Positions 54,097 to 56,959 of a DNA stretch of 56,959 nucleotides are shown here, piece after piece; the first letter of the stretch is position 1; every line of letters begins with the position of its first letter. The stretch is from Dehalococcoidia bacterium (GTDB taxonomy: Bacteria > Chloroflexota > Dehalococcoidia > Lucifugimonadales > Australimonadaceae): contig DAOUHP010000114.1 in assembly GCA_034428575.1 (NCBI GenBank), positions 1 to 56,959 of the forward strand. The letters are read 5' to 3'. The position numbers and the translations under genes were made by a program. The notes under the pieces are model-generated. The model ran no database searches. It worked only from the letters and a program-made list of their open reading frames with translations, and was not told where the DNA came from.

Positions 54097-56079
54097 CTAT
54101 TCCCAGCGGGACGGGTCGTAGGTGTTCGGAGGCTTTACATCGTGGAAGATCGAGTACTGTGAAACCGGCACATCTTCACCTCCGATTTCACCCCATAGCA
54201 GAATCGTGTAGACGCCTGGGCCGTGCTCCGAGAGCAGAGCCTCGATGTCGGCAACAACCGAAAACGCCGCTCCGTTCGCCGTCCACTCTGACGCCGTAAT
54301 CCATGGGATGGTCAATGGGAACGAAGGACGAAGCCTCGTTTTCGCTTCATCATGCAAGCGATGCGCCTCAGAAACCGAGCGCGCACCCGGGATGTCGGGG
54401 GACACCGCATAAGGATCGGGGCATGGCGTATAGGGCTTGAAGTATGAGTGTTCAGCCCAGTAGGAGGACCCGGTCAGCGGATATCTGAATGCCGCAACCT
54501 GAACACCGGAATCATAGCAGTAAGTGCGCGCAACCTGCCCGCGCGTCAGCGTCTGCGGCGGCGGGTCGTAGAACAACTGTAATCCCAGCTCTTCCTTGCT
54601 TGAGAAACGCAGTTCGTTTATCGCGCGCCCAGAGAGCGACAGCGTTCCGTTACGTATCTGCGGCAAGTTGTCATACCTCACGTAGTCGCCCTCGAAGTGC
54701 TGGAAGGCCTTGAAGTTGTACCTGTCCCAGGCCAACCCGATGTTCACCTTCTTATGCCACGGGTCGAGGATGTTGCGCCGGTGGCCGGGGCTGCTCATTA
54801 AGCCGTTCATCGTCTTCTGTATCTCTGATTCGATGCTTCTCAGAGCACGGTAACCGTCGGACGATTCGATGCAGTAGTCCAACCCGCTGCCATTCTCGCC
54901 GTTGGACTGAAACCCACCGGCCAGGGAGTAGCGCATGTAAGGCTTCAGGCCGTCAACACCCCAATGGCTGCTTACGCAGTTGGCGAGGGAGTTTTCGGCG
55001 TGCAGCTGCGCCGCGATATTGTCGCCCGGTATCACCTCTGGAACGCCTGCTGCTGCACGCGCTTGGTTGATGAGTTCGAGCATGAACGCCTTGTATTGAT
55101 GATGCAATTGGTCCGGTGGCGGCGGCGGTGTCGCGGTAGGTCGCGGCGTGGGTGTGGCCGTTGCCGTAGGGGTAGCCGTTGCGGTCGGTGTGGGCGTCGC
55201 GGTGGGACAGGGCGGGAGCGGCGTAGAGGTAGGCGGCCCGAGCGTGGGTGTCGCTGCGGGCGGCGCGGGTGTTGCGGCAGGCGTAGGCGTGGGCGGAGCA
55301 AGGATGCTCCTGCACTGCGCCACCGGCGCGTGTTCCCGCACCGCCTCCGCGAACAGGCCGCGCTGGTGCCGCAGCCAGATCGTCCATGACAGCGCGGCAG
55401 CGGCCTGGCCGGGAACAGGCTCGCGTTCGAGTCCATGCGCGCCCACGAGGAACTCCGCGGTCTCCAGACGCGTCTCGAACACCGCCACGCGACGGCAGGC
55501 GTCAACCGCCGACAGGCTGCCCAGGTCGTCCAGTCCGGTGTCGAACACGGCGAGGCTCTCCGCGAGGACCGCGTCAACCTCCGCGCGGCTCCACCCGCTT
55601 GCCCGCTCGCGCCACTCATCCGAGATTGGCTCCGGTGCCTCCCAGGCGGGCGTTGACGTTGCCGAGGGAACAGACGCCGCAGGCGACGTTGGGGTTGGCG
55701 TCGCCACAGGAGCGTGAGGCTTGGCCGTCGGATCGGCGCACGGGTACGGTGTCGACGTGGCAGTGGCAGCTGTCGAGACGGGCGTTGGCGTTGGCATAGG
55801 CGCGCCTTCCTGCGCAGCCCGGGGTGTGGGCGTCGAGGTTGGGAGGAATCCAATCTCAATGGGCAGGCCGTGTTGCGTGTACCAGTAGTACCCGCCGCCG
55901 ATAGCTGCGATGAGCAGCACGAGAACGAGCCAGCAACATCCGTGTCCACCGGACGAACCCCCGCCAGGACTGACGGCAGTAGCCGTGCGACCTCTGCCAC
56001 CCCCACGTGACCGGCCCCCCTGCGGTCTGGGAGCCGTCCCCCGGCGCTCCCGGTAGTAGTCCCTGTCCTCGATCGGCAT
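54097..56079 (-). CDS. Membrane-anchored CAP/SCP (PR-1, YkwD-like) domain protein with two PT linkers
   Basis: N-terminus MPIEDRDYYRE plus a basic/Gly-rich region, TM, PT linker, ~140-aa helical domain, PT linker, CAP motifs (LINQARAAAGV, SSPGHRRNIL), and an extra C-terminal domain. Confidence 0.8.
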   Translation of the reverse strand: MPIEDRDYYRERRGTAPRPQGGRSRGGGRGRTATAVSPGGGSSGGHGCCWLVLVLLIAAIGGGYYWYTQHGLPIEIGFLPTSTPTPRAAQEGAPMPTPTPVSTAATATSTPYPCADPTAKPHAPVATPTPTSPAASVPSATSTPAWEAPEPISDEWRERASGWSRAEVDAVLAESLAVFDTGLDDLGSLSAVDACRRVAVFETRLETAEFLVGAHGLEREPVPGQAAAALSWTIWLRHQRGLFAEAVREHAPVAQCRSILAPPTPTPAATPAPPAATPTLGPPTSTPLPPCPTATPTPTATATPTATATPTPRPTATPPPPPDQLHHQYKAFMLELINQARAAAGVPEVIPGDNIAAQLHAENSLANCVSSHWGVDGLKPYMRYSLAGGFQSNGENGSGLDYCIESSDGYRALRSIESEIQKTMNGLMSSPGHRRNILDPWHKKVNIGLAWDRYNFKAFQHFEGDYVRYDNLPQIRNGTLSLSGRAINELRFSSKEELGLQLFYDPPPQTLTRGQVARTYCYDSGVQVAAFRYPLTGSSYWAEHSYFKPYTPCPDPYAVSPDIPGARSVSEAHRLHDEAKTRLRPSFPLTIPWITASEWTANGAAFSVVADIEALLSEHGPGVYTILLWGEIGGEDVPVSQYSIFHDVKPPNTYDPSRWE

Positions 56080-56098
56080 AGTAGCTTGAGTGTCGCCC

Positions 56099-56959
56099 CT
56101 ACTCCAGCGCTACCCGAGCGCCCGTACGTGCCGACTCCACCATCGCCAGCGTGATCTCGACGACGCGTAGGCCGTCGATGCCGGTGGCGAGCGGCTCGCC
56201 GTTGCCCTCGACCGCGGCGTCGAACGCCCGCACCTGCTTCGTGTAGAGCGCGAAGGGGTGCTCCGGGTAGGACTCATCCTCGGTCAGGGCGTCGGTACGG
56301 ACCGCGAGCGCGCCCCCTTGCGTCATCTCGATGCTGGATTGCAGGCCCGCGCGCCCGAGCGTGCCGTACACCGTGACGTCGTTGCTCACGTAGTCGGGTG
56401 TGCGGCGCCCAGTCAGCAGCGTGGCGATGGCCCCGCTCGTGAACCGCAGCGACAGCGTCACGAGCTCCTCCAGCGGCTTCTCCGGCGTGGCGTCGCTCAT
56501 GGCAGAGACCTCCGCCACGTCGTCGTTGAGGACGTACCGGAGCAGGTCGGCGCAGTGGACGCCGGTCGCCATGAACGCACCCGCGCCGATAAGCGACGGA
56601 TCGTCCCACCACGCCTGCAGGCCGGAGCGCGGCGGCGGCGCCACCTGGCCCCGCACACCGCGGCACCAGCTGGCCTGCGCGAACGACACCCTTCCGACCG
56701 CATCGGCGGCGACGAGCGATCGCAGGCGCTGGTGTCCCTCATGCGCGCGCAGATGGAAGCCGACGCCGAGCCGCACGCCTGCGGCCTCGCACGCGTCGAT
56801 CATCCGCTGCGCGTCGTCCCCGGAGGGCGCCATCGACTTTTCGGCCAGCACGTGCTTGCCCGCCTCCGCGGCGCGGACGGTCTGCTCCGCGTGGAGCGCG
56901 TTCGGCGAGGCAATGTAGACCACGTCCACGGCGGGGTCGCGCAGCAGCGCGTCAACGTC
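56099..56959 (-). CDS. Gfo/Idh/MocA family oxidoreductase (5' end outside the window)
   Basis: VDVVYIASPNALHAEQTVRAAEAGKHVLAEKSMA signature. The reading frame stays open to the window edge, so the Rossmann N-terminus is missing. Confidence 0.85.
   Translation of the reverse strand, partial: DVDALLRDPAVDVVYIASPNALHAEQTVRAAEAGKHVLAEKSMAPSGDDAQRMIDACEAAGVRLGVGFHLRAHEGHQRLRSLVAADAVGRVSFAQASWCRGVRGQVAPPPRSGLQAWWDDPSLIGAGAFMATGVHCADLLRYVLNDDVAEVSAMSDATPEKPLEELVTLSLRFTSGAIATLLTGRRTPDYVSNDVTVYGTLGRAGLQSSIEMTQGGALAVRTDALTEDESYPEHPFALYTKQVRAFDAAVEGNGEPLATGIDGLRVVEITLAMVESARTGARVALE

Overview
GC-rich bacterial chromosomal segment, densely coded and mostly housekeeping. The phylum cannot be fixed without a database search; the gene set and repeat types would suit a Chloroflexota-like or other high-GC lineage. 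The backbone contains: (1) a tetrapyrrole operon on the minus strand, sirC-hemA-hemC-cobA/hemD-hemB-(orphan)-hemL, followed by a cupredoxin / 4-TM protein / 30-aa peptide tail; (2) a MoxR - DUF58 - transglutaminase triad; (3) rsmD-coaD; (4) greA-lysS-serS; (5) CIRCE-controlled groES-groEL; (6) an acyl-CoA ligase with two crotonase-fold genes; (7) assorted VOC, cupin, M20, Rieske, PrpD, AlaX, GNAT, M16, TlpA and amidohydrolase genes. Accessory material sits between these: four toxin-antitoxin-like pairs (DUF433/DUF5615, DUF6883/DUF4926, HigB/HigA, XRE/ImmA-like); a translationally coupled phage-derived mini-operon (head-tail-connector-like gene plus three orphans) with no integrase or capsid genes; and three large envelope proteins joined by Pro/Thr-rich linkers. 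These are a lipoprotein HExxH peptidase with about eight W-x-DG-x-E-x-E repeats, a zinc-finger/TM/trypsin-like protease with two lectin-like modules, and a CAP/SCP-domain protein. Nearly every longer intergenic gap holds members of a hairpin-repeat (REP-like) family, including a 7-unit array upstream of radC and a ~285-bp tandemly duplicated composite repeat. No rRNA, tRNA, CRISPR array, transposase or integrase was recognised. I see no single system that is clearly new. The best candidates for follow-up are the repeat-bearing secreted proteases, the orphan phage-like operon, the TA-bracketed seven-gene string, and the XRE / degenerate-ImmA / zinc-ribbon switch. Many long ORFs in the track are antisense or out-of-frame artefacts of the high GC content.
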